Source of the DNA: Candidatus Liberimonas magnetica
GTDB lineage: Bacteria > Elusimicrobiota > Endomicrobiia > Endomicrobiales > JAFGIL01
Length of the DNA: 64,000 nt
Assembly: GCA_020523885.1 (NCBI GenBank)
Contig: JAJAPY010000002.1
Coordinates: forward strand, 236,023-300,022
Direction of reading: 5' to 3'
The notes under the pieces: generated by a model
What the model was told of the DNA's origin: nothing
The model's input: the letters and a program-made list of their open reading frames with translations, nothing else
Database searches by the model: none
Program-made: the position numbers and the translations under genes
Shown here: positions 63,055-64,000 of the stretch, in pieces
How the letters are laid out: every line of letters starts with the position of its first letter
Numbering within the stretch: the first letter of the stretch is position 1

Positions 63055-64000
63055 ATGGACACGAATTTGTTAAAAAGGTTAATCGTTGAACATAAAGAAA
63101 AGTTTTTGCTGAAAAGCGGTGAATTAATAGAAAGGGAAGTAAGTGTAGCCGCAAATAAACTGCTGTCTCAAAAAGAAATAATTGTTATTATGGGCGTCAG
63201 GCGCTGCGGGAAATCTTCCCTGATGAGAATGACCGCTCAAAAGCTTTTAGATACCGGAATAAAAAAAGAGAACATCCTGTATGTAAATTTTGAGGATGAA
63301 AGGTTTATTGACTTTGACTATAATGATTTTGACGCGTTGTATGAGTCGTTTCTGGAATTAAATAAACCGAAAGGTAAAAAGTATTTTTTCCTGGATGAAA
63401 TACAAAACATAAAGTCATGGGAGAAGTGGGTCAACAGGCTGTATGAGTTTGAGGATGTAAAGATATTTGTCACCGGTTCTAATACGTCTATGCTAAGTTC
63501 TCATGTTTCATCGGCATTAACCGGCAGAAACAGGCAGATCACGATGTATCCATTCTCTTTTACTGAATTTTTAACTTTGAAGAAAATAGATTTTAGTAAA
63601 AACGACCTTTACAGCAGAAATACAAGGTTAAGCTTAAAGAACAGTTTGAATGAATATATCCAATACGGCGGGTTCCCTGAGGTGGCAAAGAACGGGGATG
63701 CTTCCCTGCTTGAACAATATTTTAAGGACATACTTTACAGAGATGTAATCGCCGGCCACTCAATAAGAAATTCAAAAGAGATTAAAGAACTTACCCTCTA
63801 TCTTGCCTCAAATATCGGGTCAATATACAGTTATAAAAACCTGAAAGAAATGATAGAGGTTAAGAGTTTGAATACAGTGAAAAATTACATAGATATTCTC
63901 GAAGGGGTGTTTTTGTTTTTTAGGCTGGATATTTTTGATTATTCAATTAAACGGCAAATCTTTAACCCGTCAAAAACATATATGGTTGACCATGCGCTTA
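63055..64000 (+). CDS. AAA-family ATPase with DUF4143-type C-terminal region (3' end outside window)
   Basis: ATG after GGGAGG. Walker A GVRRCGKSS, Walker B YFFLDEIQ, FVTGSN, and GGFPE motifs. The frame is open to the end of the window. Confidence 0.7.
   Translation, partial: MDTNLLKRLIVEHKEKFLLKSGELIEREVSVAANKLLSQKEIIVIMGVRRCGKSSLMRMTAQKLLDTGIKKENILYVNFEDERFIDFDYNDFDALYESFLELNKPKGKKYFFLDEIQNIKSWEKWVNRLYEFEDVKIFVTGSNTSMLSSHVSSALTGRNRQITMYPFSFTEFLTLKKIDFSKNDLYSRNTRLSLKNSLNEYIQYGGFPEVAKNGDASLLEQYFKDILYRDVIAGHSIRNSKEIKELTLYLASNIGSIYSYKNLKEMIEVKSLNTVKNYIDILEGVFLFFRLDIFDYSIKRQIFNPSKTYMVDHAL

Noticed and set aside
1-64000. Looked for tRNA, rRNA, tmRNA, RNase P and SRP RNA genes and for CRISPR arrays across all spacers.
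   Set aside because: I recognised no cloverleaf-compatible or conserved-core sequences by eye. This is a weak negative that should be confirmed with tRNAscan-SE and Infernal/Rfam.

Overview
AT-rich (by eye, well under 50% GC) chromosomal window from a diderm bacterium. The gene content and repeat content look like an uncultivated or candidate lineage, but taxonomy cannot be assigned from sequence alone. Almost all genes sit on the + strand in long co-directional trains. Layout: (1) 1-6.4 kb: a HEAT-repeat protein, a 713-aa tail-anchored coiled-coil protein, and a minus-strand pair encoding a PorV/PorQ-like beta-barrel and a secreted protein with a T9SS-type-B-like C-terminal domain. (2) 6.8-19 kb: outer-membrane/lipid A train bamA-skp-lpxD-lpxC::fabZ-lpxA-(mini lipoprotein)-lpxI-oxidoreductase-lpxB-msbA-barrel. 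(3) 19-23.3 kb: rpmB, recG, a RAYT/IS200-like Y1 transposase homologue, coaD. (4) 23.4-34.3 kb: a complete type IVa pilus train pilB-pilT-pilC-pilA-pilD-pilMNOPQ. (5) 34.3-43.1 kb: a Wzy_C/O-antigen-ligase-like protein, two YfhO-like polytopic proteins, an SGNH/TPR protein, two gene fragments and a UPF0104 flippase-like protein. (6) 43.2-60.0 kb: a 15-gene sugar-nucleotide tailoring island with a GHMP kinase, an SDR, two Fcl paralogues (one degenerate and fused to a cupin), TPP E1 alpha/beta, DJ-1, a UxaA dehydratase, a HAD, two B12-radical-SAM enzymes, two CgeB-like transferases, a methyltransferase and a ColD/E1-type PLP dehydratase. This island is my best candidate for an undescribed system, possibly coupled to the pilus and ligase-like genes upstream. 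(7) 60-64 kb: an IS110-family element with long structured non-coding flanks, a small beta-barrel gene, a MITE-like repeat and the 5' part of an AAA/DUF4143 ATPase. Intergenic spacers carry several families of short hairpin repeats. I recognised no rRNA, tRNA or CRISPR array. All family calls come from motif recognition by eye, with no database search or computation. Coordinates I derived myself (not from the ORF track) may be off by 1-2 nt.
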